Shown here: positions 40,301 through 53,210 of the stretch, in pieces
Numbering within the stretch: the stretch's first letter is position 1
Layout of the letters: the number at the start of each line of letters is the position of its first letter
Assembly: GCA_965153455.1 (NCBI GenBank)
Contig: OZ234493.1
Coordinates: 7,182,213-7,246,212, forward strand
Origin: Sphagnum compactum
Taxonomy: Eukaryota
Direction of reading: 5' to 3'
Length of the DNA stretch: 64,000 bases
Made by a program: the position numbers and the translations under genes
Notes under the pieces: model-generated
Databases searched by the model: none
Seen by the model: only the letters and a program-made list of their open reading frames with translations
What the model was told of the DNA's origin: nothing

Positions 40301-42221
40301 TTGGACATGTTAAATGTTTTTGCCCCAATTTTTGATCAAGCCCAAAGTGACAATCATCAATAGTAGAATTTAGCCAAATTTGGTTACATATCATATATAA
40401 AATGGAAATAAACATGACAATCTTTTTATATTCTTGGTTATGCTCTTAAATTATAAAAAATTGGTGGGTTGGAAACTGTTTTCCACATTTTGGTAAATGT
40501 AGGTCATTTTTCCCATGAAAAACCCTTTGTATCGATCAAAATCATGTTTTTTAGGTTGAAAATTTGCAAAATTTTGCCAATAAAAAATCATTAGACACAT
40601 TGGACAAGCTTGATCTTTTTGACTTTTTTCATCATGTGATAATGGCTTAAACCTTAAACCCTTAACCCTAAAAACATGGATTATTGACAATTACCCTATA
40701 CGAATATTTAGCATAACATATATAATAATGGATAACATATTTGAAAGACATTGAACCTAGAAAAAAACCCTAGGGAGAAAGTGAAGTTATACTTAAGAAA
40801 TCTAGGTATTCAATGGAATGATTTGTAAATCTAAAAAAACCCATTTTATTTTTTTTCATTTTGGTCAAAGAAAGGTTTATCATCTTCAAATATATGGTTG
40901 GTATTTAAAGGAAATGGATTGGTTGTTGGTAAATTATTTTGGAGGGTCCAAAACTAAAAGAATATTAGTGTCTCCAATGTTTTTTCAATATCTTTGAATG
41001 TGTTTTCTTATTTATCCCCAATTCTTCACATCATCATCCCTTTATATTATATTACCAACAATTTTTTCAGTATTCTTATTCATAAATTAAATGTAAATCG
41101 TTATTAATGGAAAAATGAATTAGAATGGTACTTTAGCATAAAGAATGTTTGGACTTATGAAGGTTATTTTTTCAATTAAATCCTTACTAGAACATCAATC
41201 ATTTTAAATACCAATTTTAATGTGTGTCATTGGCTTGCATCCCAAAAGGATTTAACATTAAATGGTGACAAGTTTTTAGAACTTGTCTGCATATTTTTTT
41301 AAATGATATTAAATTGAAATAAAAATCTGAATGTGGTGAAAAAACTCTATTTGTTTTTTATAATTTGGTTTTTTCATTAAAAATGAGTATTGTGACAAAA
41401 ACTCCATTATTATTATTATTATTATTTCATTTTGAGAAAAAATGCACCAAAAAACATTGTAGCACATAGGTTAGATCACACAACATTTACACATTATATA
41501 AAACATTCACAATATAAAAGAAGAAACTTACATGTTTTTGGGTTACATTACTCATAGGTTTAAAATTTAATCTTTATGTGGGTTACACTCGATGAGGAAT
41601 TCATTACGTGCATTTAAAGATCTCACTTGATGAGGATCATTCATCGAAGACACAAGTTTGTTTTTATGAACACTTTCATAATTAAAAAAACACATCAAAG
41701 AATCCATCCGGAATCAAAATCCCTAAACCCTAAACCCTAAAGCTTTCAGATGGGTGCGTAAGAAATGTTCCCATGAAGTTCCCCTAAAATAACTGAACTC
41801 AGAGTTCCCATTAGTAACAAACAAGGTGAAATCAAACTAAAAAAAACTAACAATTGTTCTCTAGTCTCTCTAACACTAAAAAGGAGAGCCTAAATAAATA
41901 AATAAATAAATAAATATAATTAATTACATAATTTTATAATAGATTTTTTTTTTGAAAAATAGGAAATTTTGACTCAATCAAGCCCCTCTCTGGAGTCTGG
42001 AGTCAGCAATCAAAAGGACAAAGACTATATAAGCATTTATGGAGCTAACTAAGTTATGTCTGGAAATGGACCAAAGTATGGTGATGGGGGTCAGGTTCCT
42101 TCTCAACATTAATAACCCAAACCCATTATTATTTACACAAAAATAAAATAAAAATAAAAACCCATTATTATTTACACAAAAATAAAATAAAATAAAATAG
42201 GTCCTTATTATTGCAGAGGCT

Positions 42222-42258
<37 letters not shown>

Positions 42259-42339
42259 CATAAAAGAAGAAGCAAAAACAAGAAAACTTGAAGAGCTCAA
42301 AGGAGTAGAACAATAGACTAGTACCCTTGTGGAATGTGT

Positions 42340-42740
42340 CACTAATCCAAGTGTGAACATGGCCTTGACAATAGAGTTCAATTGTGAATTTTTTTTTAAT
42401 TTTAAAATTACAATTAGTTTTCAATCCTCAAAATCGTTCAAAATTCTATATCTCCCCCATTGTAGGTCTAAAAATTTACAAAATTGCCTCCAAGAAATTC
42501 CACTTATCGAGGGCTTTTCATTGGTACCAATAATGTACTCAATTTTTTTGAAAAATTTTTAATTAAAATTTTGTTGAATTTTTTTGATGACAAAATTGTT
42601 CAATTATTCAATAACTCTTGTAACATAGATGTAAAACATTATGAAACCTTGGCGAATCCTATTGATTGAAAGGCTTTCCAACGGTACCAAGAGCAAGGTG
42701 AGGGTTTCATGGTTTGGGAGATCTCAACACGACAAACAAA
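42340..42740 (+). repeat. Copy of a dispersed non-autonomous repeat family; further partial copies at ~43295-43540, ~43945-44030, ~45283-45505 and ~54090-54460
   Basis: Shared blocks recur in the same orientation around EMS1: CCAAGTGTGAAC, TAGGTCTAAAAATTTA, AAATTGCCT(T/C)CA, GGCTTTCCAA(C/T)(G/A)GTACCAAGA and TGGTTTGG. Confidence 0.7.
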
Positions 42741-44354
42741 CAAAACATATAACCTACCTTTTTTTAAAAGAGAGATATTTTTTAAAAATTACATCATGGC
42801 CCAATCAAAAATCATCCTATTCTTTAAAAAAAAAATTAAAAAAAAACCGGAGAAAAAAAATTCTCCATTTTTACTAGAAATATGCAAAATGAAACCTTGG
42901 GCTAATGTATGTATTAAAGCATGATAGTCTTCTTTGCTTTTTTTTTTTGGGTTAAAAATTAACCAATGGAAATAAAATAGAATAATTTTTAAATTTTTTT
43001 AATGTAAATGGCAAGGCCACAATGTGACACACCCGTTGTTTATACACACACACACACACATAATTTGGTACCTAAAGAGAGAAAGAAAATAGAGCAAAGG
43101 ATCAAAGTTTTTTGAAGTTATGTTCTCATGTTATGTAGGTTTAGGGTTTAGGGTTTAAACCTGGACTGAATGAAATGTATAAAACTGTGTGTAAGTGTAG
43201 TTAGGTTTAGGGTTTAGGGTTAATTCAACATTGAAAGTATACTAGTGTGGCCTCTATGTGGTTGGTCGGGTGTGAATTCATGGCTATGGTAACTATTCCA
43301 AGTGTGAACACTTGACAATATAGAGCCCAATTGTGAAAAAAAATAATATTAAAATTTTGAATTGATTTTCAATGATGGAAAATTATTATTCAAAATTCAA
43401 TTTACCTTAGGTCTAAAAATTTATGAAATCACCTCCATAAAATCTCACTCATCTTTCAAGCACCTTACACTACACAATATTGACCCCCCATTTCCCTAAC
43501 ATTTTTGGGAGTTAATTTTATTGAATTTTCAATGACATAAAAACCTACTTGTTTTTTTTTGCATTGTATATGTCGAGGTGTGATTATATTATAATATAAT
43601 TATTGTCTAACAACTAGTAGGTTTTATGAAAAATGTAAAGCTTGTGAACACGTGTTTGTAGGCTTTATGTTTTTCATCAAGCATGCCTATGAATTTTATT
43701 TTTTGATGATGGTAATAACCCATTGGGTATCATGAGATTTTTTTTATTAAAAAGAAACCTAGCTTGGTTTTTTAATGCCAAGTAAAGCCCTCGGGGTCCC
43801 TCCCACCTCAAGGGCATTTATTCTACTAAAGCTCCACCTCGAGAGCTTTATTGTACGCAAAATTATTCATTCAATATTCAACAACTCGCACCATGTAAGT
43901 CAAAACATTACAAAACTACCTCAATGTGCCTTGTACATAGCAAGGGCCTTCCAACGGTAACAAGAGTGCAACAATGGGCACCAATGTTGGTTTGGAGACA
44001 TCTCGAGATGACAAACCAAAACAACAAACAAAACAAGGGGTGTGTCACACACTTGTGTGGCCTTGCCATTTACATTACAAAGTATCTTAAGGCAAAAGAA
44101 GAAGAATTATGAAAACTCAAATATTTCACCATGCAATAATATAATCTTCAAAAAAGAATCCTCTAAAAGAAACCAAAATCCTTCAAGATATTATAACTCT
44201 ATAATAACTAATCTCAAGTATCAACACAAGCCAAAAATACTCATCTTTAAAAAACCCTCATATAAAAATAGACTTATTATTATTACCAAATTTGGAAGAC
44301 TACCCAAATTTCAAATAATAATAATTTAAAATATTTTTATTATTAAATATTAAA

Positions 44355-44390
<36 letters not shown>

Positions 44391-45173
44391 AATTTGGAAG
44401 ACTAACCAAATATTGGCAAAGGAGACTTAGTTGTTCTCTATTAGCTTGCTTTGTTCTTTTTCTTTTTTTTTGGGTATGAAAATTATTTTAGGTTAAAATT
44501 TTATCTTACCTAGTTAAATGAGTTTATTATCTCTCATGATTTTGTTTGAACCTGTCATAAAGGGCAAAGACCCATTGTGTGATGAGTGTCACTTTTTGTT
44601 AAGTTAAATTGACTTAGTCCCCCCCCCTCCAACCCCCTTTGCAACCCTTTGTAAGGTGGCTCTCTAGTCTAGATAGCTCAATCTAATGATCAACTTAATG
44701 CAAAAGTGGACATTACTACAACCCTAGTAAGTATGGTTGTTTCACTCATCCAGACCCTCTTTTTTTTTTTTTTTTTTACACAAAATAATGGCTCTTCTCT
44801 TCTTGTCTCTCTGACCTCAATGGGAAAAAATAATTAAATAATTTAATAATTAAAAAAATTTAAAAAGAAGAAAAAGAGAAAAAAAATTTCATGTACAAGA
44901 ATATAAGCCATTATTGACAGAGCCATGGTTGATGATAATACATCTATACTTGGTGGGTTTCATCCATCTGGATGTTAAGTAAATATCATGCTTACTACCT
45001 TACTTACTATATGAACTTGGTGGGTTTTCATCCACCACTTAGCAACCTCACCCCACCCCCCAAAAGCTCCGACCTAGTAAGTCTCAACAAGTTCATACCA
45101 GCCCCCTATTCGAACCTGGTGATTTAAAATTTGAAAGATTTTTGGTTTTTATTTTTTATTTTTAAATTTAAAT

Positions 45174-45284
45174 GGAGGTTTAGGGTTTTTTTTTAGGTTT
45201 TCAAGTTTGAGGTTTGTGATTGAAAAAGCAAGAGGAGGTTTAGGGTTTCTTTTAGGTTTTCAAGTTTGAGGTTTGTGATTGAAA
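45174..45284 (+). repeat. Direct duplication of a ~51-bp unit containing TTTAGGG
   Basis: GGAGGTTTAGGGTTT...TAGGTTTTCAAGTTTGAGGTTTGTGATTGAAA occurs twice, at ~45174 and ~45234. Confidence 0.85.
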
Positions 45285-46860
45285 CTAGTTACCCAACTAT
45301 ATATTTTCTCCTTCTAAAACCATTTTCTTGTAATTTAGTTGAATTTTCAATTGCAAATAATAATACTTAAAATTCAATATCTCCCAATCCTTAGGCCTAA
45401 AATTATTTTCTAAATTGCCTTCATTAAATCCTACTCACTAATGGATTTCCAATCATACCAAAAACATGCCCAAATTCCCCTTCTAATTTTTAGTTGTGAT
45501 TTAAATGAATGGATGGATGGATGGATTTGTAATTTGAGCAATTTTATTTTTTTTAAGCTTTGGATGTTGGACTAACTTGAGTTTAACAAAAAGCTTCATT
45601 GAAAGAAGAAGGCTTCATTTCAATAGAAGCTTTTCATGGATGGAATTTGTGCATTTGTGATTTGTAAGCTTTGGATTTTGGAATACTTATAAGAATTCTA
45701 AAAACATATTTGCCAAAAAATGTTGTTTCAAAGAAAAACCCATTCAATTGTTTTTCCTACTAAATTATTGTGAATGGACTCAGTGTGTAGACTTAGATTA
45801 AAATTTTAAAACATATAAACATATATTAAGTTTCTAAAATTAATGGAGATGAAAGCACACACTACAGCTGAGTTTTTGTCTTTGTAAAGAAAGTGAAAAT
45901 TTAAAAATAAAATAAAATAAAAACAAAACAAAAACAAAGAGGGTTGAATGTAAAGTAGGTATGCTTAAAAAAGTAGATGAATTGGGGTTGTTTTGCAAAT
46001 CTTCCAAGAAATCCAAAAACCCAAAACCCCAAATCTCAAGGAGATACCAAAATGAAAAAGCTGCCACAGAAGAGTGATGGTTCCATATCCCATGTGCAAA
46101 ACCCATCCAGTGCACACACCACTCATGCTCACTGCCTCACTCACTCACTTATTTTGAATTTTCCAGCTTCTTTTTTTTTCTGAGCTATATTTTCAGCTCA
46201 GAAAAAAGAAAGCATGAAAATTTGACAACAACAAAAAATAAAAAATAAAAAATAAAAATAGCAAGCAAGCAAGCAAGCAAGCAATCAATCAATCAATCAA
46301 TCAATCAATTAATTAATTAATAAAAATCCCCATTAGTTCTTCACACTGGAAGCAGAAGCTAGCCTAACTGCTTGACTGCTGTTGCACTGTTGCTGTTCAA
46401 AGTTGTAGACTTTATGAAACTGTCCTAAGTATCTTTGCAGTTGCAGTCACAGACACAGATCACACACAGAGAGACAGAGAGAGAGAGAGAGAAGGATAGA
46501 TAGAGAGAGAGAGAGAGTTTTGACAGACAGATTGATGACTTTAGGAGTTATACCCACAAAAAAAAATGGGAAAAAAAATCCCATTTTGTAGTGAAGTTTG
46601 CAACTTTATATATATATATCTCTCTGTGTCTGTGTGCTGTGTGCAGACTTTTCTCTGTGCACAAGTCTGCAAGGTTTGCAAGAACTGCTTTTGAAAGGAG
46701 ATGTGTTTGAACAAGTTTGTTTTTTTTTTTGTCTTTTTTTCTTGTGGATATGGGCACAGTCACAATTGGGTTATACCTCCCATAAGAATCACAAGTCCTT
46801 ACTTTGATGTGCTAGAAATACAAAGAAAACAGTTATTAGCCAACAAGTTTGTAGTTTGTA

Positions 46861-46892
<32 letters not shown>

Positions 46893-47803
46893 TCAAAAGA
46901 GAGCTCTCTTCTTTCTTCTTTCGTCTCTGGCTGTGTGTCTGCTGTGTCTGCAAGTTTGCATTTTAAGCTTTGCAAGAATGGGGTTTTGTGTTTTTTGGTC
47001 TGAATGAGATGTTTTTGAACCAGCTAACTTTTTCTTTTTCTGCAGAGTCTGTGTACACAGTCACATAATGAGGGTACACACACCCAGGTCTCCCCACAGG
47101 ATTCACCATCATCATCATTAGTCCTTACTTTGGAGTTCTAGAAATGCAAAAGAGACCTGTTAGAACTCTAGAATAGCAGCCGTGTTTCAAAGCTGTGTGC
47201 AAGCAATTACAACTGGGTTCTTTTGAACTTCCAGGAGATGTAATGTAACTAGAGCTTTTGCACAAAGTTTGGTTTTTTGCAGTCTATATAGACAGACTAT
47301 GATGGTGGGCACAGTGACAATCAGAGTACATCATCCTCACAGCAGGAATCCTCAATCAGGAATAGTCCTCAAAAAACAAAGAAAAGTTGAGACTGTTTTT
47401 CTAAGCTCATCATGTTTATAAGCAGCAGCATGTGAGGAAGGAGGGGGACGGGAGGGGGGGCCTTATATGTGCACACTTGAAGAAAACATTTTCCAATCAT
47501 ACATTCTAGTTTGTGTGATAAGAGTAGATGATTTGATGGCTGATTGCCCTGAGCTCCTCCTCCTCCTGCTTCTGCAACAACCAGATGCTCGATATTCCTG
47601 CAGAAGTTGTCTTACACATGTCCATCAAAGTTCAACAAGACTCGTGGACCCTGCACCTTGCAAGCTCTCTGCAGGCAGGTACTTAGCAATAGACTTGCTC
47701 TGTGAACAAAGAGAGAAACCCACAATTCACAGTGCACAACAAGTAGTTGTCATTGTCTTTCTCGTCTTTGTGGTTGTTGTTGTTGCAGCTGCCAGCAGTG
47801 AGC

Positions 47804-50800
47804 ATGGGGCTCAGCTCTAAGTCTTGTAGTTTCAGTGAGTGGAGATTCTTCTGCATGTATATTCCACAGTCAATGCAGCTGTTGCTGCTGTTCTTGCTTG
47901 TGTCTGGGGCTACATGCAGTAGCAATAGTAGCTCAGATGCAGAGGCTGCTCTTTTGGTCTTCAAGAATGAACTACTTGGTGCAGCTGGACTCAGTAGCTC
48001 AAGCAGCAGCAGCAATGATCCACTGGCGAATTGGGTCCCCAGCAACAACAACAACAACAACAACAATTCTTCTTCTTCTCCATTCTGTGAATGGACAGGA
48101 GTATATTGCAATGCGCTTGGTGAAGTGGACAGTCTCAATTTGGGGTCAATGGGCTTCACAGGAACCATTGCTCCTGAGCTTTGCTCCTTGTGGAGTCTCC
48201 AACATCTGGACCTGAGTAACAACAGCTTGTCTGGTAGCATTCCTTCTGAGATTGGCAATCTGGTCAACCTTCAGTACCTGGATCTGAACTCCAATCAGAA
48301 TCTGTCAGGAGCCATACCTTTAGAGCTTTTCAGCCTCCAGGATTTGTATTACTTGGATCTTAGCTACAATGCCATCTCTGGCAACATTCCATCGGAGCTT
48401 GGGAATCTGGTGAACTTGTCGACTTTGATCTTGGCTCGCAATGGCTTGCAAGGAAGTATTCCTGCGCAAATCGGGTACCTTGTCAAGCTCAATTGGCTTG
48501 ATCTGAAGATGAATTCTCTTACTGGAGTGTGTCCTGATCCTCAGTTCAGTCAGCTGGTGAACTTGCAGTATCTGGATCTCAGCAGCAATCAACTGTCGGG
48601 GAATCTACCAGCAGTTGAATCTTTGATGCAATTGCAGCATCTGGATTTGAGCTCCAATGGATTCTCTGGACCCATTCCGTCCACTTGGGGTGTGCAGCTT
48701 GTGAATGTTGCGTTTCTGGACCTCAGCAACAACTCTTTGTCTGGGGAGCTTCCCTTGGAGCTTTGGAGCATGACGGGACTCACAGAGCTGGTCCTGAGCA
48801 CCAACCCCTTGACTGGCAACATCCCTGACGACATCGGCAACCTCGTGAACTTGCAGACTTTGTCTCTGGGAACCAGCTATCTCAGCGGCCCCATTCCTTC
48901 GCAAATCTCTCGTTGCAAGAACTTGCAGAAGCTGGACTTGGGTGGTAGCGATTTCTCTGGTAGCATCCCTGACTCCATCGGCGAGCTTCAGAACTTGACC
49001 ACTCTCAATCTTCCTAGCACCAAACTCAACAGCTCCATTCCCGCTTCTCTCGGCAACTGCACAAGTTTGGAGGTAAGCAGCAGCAGCAGCAGCAGAGCTT
49101 GCCGACGACCCGCGGACATTCTTCTGTCTGTCTGTGTGCATGATCTTCTTGTGATCAATCTTCTTTCTTCTGATGCTTGTTTTTTTGTGTTTTGGGGGTC
49201 TTCTTGCGAGTTGAACAGATTCTGAATCTTGCGCTGAACTCGCTGAGTGGTGAGATTCCGGAGGAGCTTGCGCAGTTGGAGAATATCGTGTCCTTCATCG
49301 TCAATGGCAATCAGCTCACAGGCACAGTGCCTTCATGGTTCAGCAAATGGCAAGACGTGTCGACGATCTTCCTGTCCAACAATGAGTTGAGCGGAAGCAT
49401 CCCGCCGGAGCTCGGCAACTGTTCCAATCTCAAGTTCTTGTACATCGACAACAATCTGTTGTCAGGAACCATCCCGAGTGAGCTTTGCAATGCGGCTAAT
49501 CTCGACACTTTGAGTCTCATCGGCAACAAACTTTCGGGTGACATCTCCACCATCTTCATGGGTTGCACCAACTTGACGCAAATCGATTTGTCTCTCAACT
49601 ACTTGTCCGGGAGCATTCCTGCCTATCTGGGGACCAACCTTCCCAAGCTCCTCATTCTCTCCCTCGCCAGCAACAATCTCTCAGGTCCCATTCCTGACGA
49701 GCTCTGGAACTCCAATTCTCTCAACCAAATCCAGTTGAACGGCAATGCTCTCAACGGGAGCTTGTCTCCTCTGGTCGCGAATCTCACCGGTCTCCAGTAT
49801 CTAGATCTCGACGACAACGAGCTTGAAGGTATCATTCCTCCGGAGATCGGCTCTCTTTCCCTTCTCTCTTACCTCTCCATCAACAACAACAGATTGTCTG
49901 GTGAGATTCCTGTTCAGCTCTGCAACTGTGTGCAACTCACGACCCTGGATCTGGGAAGAAACTCGTTATCTGGAGCTATCCCGAGCCAGATCGGGCAACT
50001 GATCAATCTGGATTACCTCGTGCTATCCTACAATAATCTTTCGGGGTCCATCCCGAGTGAAATCTCAGCGGATTTCCAAATGGTGGCGATGCCGGTTTCC
50101 AGCTTCGTGCAGCACCATGGGACTCTAGACTTGTCGTGGAACCATCTCTCCGGGAGCATCCCGGCAGAGATGAGCGATTGCGCGGTGCTAGTAGAGTTGC
50201 TACTGGCGGGCAATGAGTTCACGGGTTCCATCCCGCCGCAGCTCGCTAGACTTACCAACCTCACCACCTTGGATCTCTCTTGCAACCAGCTCAGTGGCGA
50301 GATCCCAGAGGAGCTCGGACAGTCGCCGCATTTGCAAGGACTCAATCTCGCGTACAACGACTTGACGGGATCCATCCCCGCGCAGTTGGGCGGAATCCAG
50401 AGCCTCGTGAAGCTGAACTTGACAGGGAATCGCTTGTCGGGAGGCATCCCTAACGAGCTCGGGAATCTAACAGGTCTTTCGCATATGGATTTCAGCGACA
50501 ACGAGCTCAGCGGCGAGATCCCGGCTTTCCTCTCCAATCTCGTTTCCGTAGTGGGTTTGTACTTGCAGAAGAATCGTCTCAACGGCAGCATTGTCGGATT
50601 GTTATCCGAGAGCACGGCATGGCACCAGATGCAGACGCTGAATTTGAGTCACAATCTACTCTCGGGTCCGATCCCGAGCACCATCGGCAATCTCTCTGGT
50701 CTTTCGTATCTGGATGTGCGAGGAAACGAGCTGGAGGGAGCGATCCCGAACGAGCTCGGCAAGCTCAGTCAGCTGATGTATCTAGATCTCTCGGCGAACC

Positions 50801-52302
50801 GTATCAGCGGGTTGTTTCCGCCGAATCTCTGCCACTTGACGTTGCTCAGCTATCTCAACATCTCTGACAACATGGTGTCAGGAGCCGTGCCCGACGAAGG
50901 GATTTGCTTGAAGCTCAATGCTTCTTCTTTTGTGGGGAATCCGGGACTGTGCGGGAGCGTTGTCGACACCGCATGTCCACCGGGGGAGATGCAGCTTCTG
51001 GGTGGCGGCGGTGGTACAAGGAGAAGATTTCTGTTGAGCACCGGTGCTGCTCTTGGCGTGGTGATGAGTACCATCATCGTGGTGCTGAGTCTGGTGTTCG
51101 TAGGACTGCGATTGCGGAAGCTGAAGCGGGAGCGAGAGGTCACGGATCAAGCCACAAAAGACTTGGAGAAGGCAAAGCTCAACATGGTGTTCAATGAGCA
51201 TTACCCTCATCATCATGGATATCATGGTGGCGGAGGTGCAGGGACATGTGCTGCAGCACTGGACTTGATGAGTAGCAGAATGAAGGAGCCCTTGAGCATC
51301 AATGTAGCCATGTTTGAGCAACCCTTGCTACGACTGACTCTTTCAGATGTTTTGCAAGCAACAAACGGATTCTGCAAAACCAACATCATCGGAGATGGAG
51401 GTTTTGGGACCGTGTACAAAGCAGTTCTTCCCGGGGATGGCAAGGTTGTGGCCATCAAAAAATTGGGCCATGCAAGATCACAAGGGATGCGAGAGTTTTT
51501 GGCAGAAATGGAGACTCTGGGCAAAGTGAAGCATCACAATCTGGTTCCTTTGCTTGGCTACTGCTCTTTCGGAGAAGAGAAGCTGTTGATCTATGAGTAT
51601 CAGGTGAAGGGAAGCTTGGATCTTTGGCTTCGTAACCGAGCAGATGCCATTGAGGTTCTAGACTGGCCCAAACGCTTCAAGATTGCAATGGGTTCTGCAC
51701 GAGGTCTTTGCTTCTTGCACCATGGTTTCATCCCACACATCATCCATCGCGACATGAAAGCCAGCAACATTTTGTTGGATGCAGAGTTTGAGCCTCGAGT
51801 TGCCGATTTCGGGCTTGCCAGACTCATCAGTGCATATGAGACACATGTGAGCACTGCCATCGCAGGCACATTTGGCTACATTCCTCCTGAGTATGGACAA
51901 ACTTGGAGATCCACAACTCGTGGAGATGTGTACAGCTATGGTGTGATTTTGCTCGAGCTTCTCACCGGCAAGGAACCCACTGGATCCGATTTCAAGGATT
52001 GCGATGTTGAGGTTGATAATCTTGTTGGTTGGGTACGACATCGTATTCTCAAAGGTGAAGCTCTGGAGGTGCTTGATGCTGAAGTTGCAAATGGACCTTG
52101 GCGATTGGATATGCTCAAAGTCTTGCATATTGCCAATCTTTGCACTACTGAAGACCCCGCACGACGACCCAACATGCAGCAAGTTGTCAAATTCCTCAAA
52201 GATGTCAAAGATCATTCCTCAGCCGCCTCATCTGTGCATGAAGATGATGATCTTATCAAGCAGTTAAACCACCAACAACAACACCACCATCACCCCCAAT
52301 AA
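47804..52302 (+). CDS. EMS1: LRR receptor-like kinase EMS1/EXS (LRR-Xb, BRI1/EMS1 family), ~1450 aa
   Basis: Exons 47804-49072 and 49219-52302 are joined by a phase-0 GT-AG intron. The protein has a signal peptide (MQLLLLFLLVSGATCS), an LRR N-cap, about 36 plant LRRs and the EMS1-type island SADFQMVAMPVSSFVQHHGTLDLSWN. A TM helix, the juxtamembrane KEPLSINVAMFEQPLLRLTL and an intact kinase follow (IIGDGGFGTVYKA, VAIKK, HRDMKASN, DFGLARLISAYETHVSTAIAGTFGYIPPEYGQ). The start could alternatively be 47855 or 47873. Confidence 0.93.
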
Positions 52303-52896
52303 AAGAAATACAATAAAAGAACTTAATATGCACCTCATCATCACACCCACCCACCCACCCACATGAACCTCTCCACCTCCAATTGAAGGTTAGTTTATTT
52401 GATAAGCCCTCCCCCCCGCCACCCAGTGAGCACACCAGATCTCAAACTGTACAGTTTCAATGTCCTTTCCTATAAATTGGAATCAACAACAAGTCTGGCA
52501 GTTAAGTTAGTTATCCAGCAGTTTGATTCAGCAGAGATTGATTTACTCATCCAATCTTACAGATCTCCAAATTGGATGATCAACCCCTTTAAATTAATTA
52601 CCTTGTGTTTTCATTTCAGATGCATTGCGCTTGGGTAGCATTTCTTAGGACTTCCACTACTACTACTTCTATTGAGTCTTTTGAAATTGATTCTAGTTAG
52701 TGGCAAAATGGGTCTGTGACAATGTATAGATTGCTCTGTGTGTGTGTGTGTGTGTGTGTTTCTGTCTGTCTGTCAATGGTGATTCATCCATACCCATGAC
52801 TCAGAGACTCTTTTTCTTTTAGACAAAAAAGAATTCTCCAGAATAATAATGTACATATTGATCTTGAGCTTAAAAGAGACATGTTTACAGTTGATT

Positions 52897-52934
<38 letters not shown>

Positions 52935-53210
52935 AAGCTTTGCCTTCTTGACCAACACTTTGTGTGTTTGTCAACCACAATTGGCTCTTTCATGACAAAA
53001 ATGGTGTGCACATCAAACATCCAGCATCAAACCAATACACAAGACTCATTTGTGAGAGAAATCTATCTTGCAGAGGCATTTGTCCATGTCCATCTTTATG
53101 TGACTTGGGAAGAGGCAATCTGGTCTCATCTGCAACAAGCCCACAACTTGTGTGTATGACTTTCTATTTACTGTGTCCTCCGTGCGCTGGTGTGCATACC
53201 AGGTTGTCCT

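Noticed and set aside
41720..43221. Telomere or chromosome-fusion scar from TTTAGGG/CCCTAAA runs
   Set aside because: Only 2-3 units per site and scattered throughout the window, so these are ordinary interstitial motifs.
47683..52215. Numerous long antisense and alternate-frame ORFs over EMS1
   Set aside because: Shadow ORFs expected from GC-rich, repetitive LRR codons; no independent protein features.
112..52302. RWP-RK plus EMS1 as a reproductive gene cluster
   Set aside because: They are 45 kb apart and separated by a housekeeping gene and transposon debris. Nothing in the sequence supports functional linkage without synteny or co-expression data.
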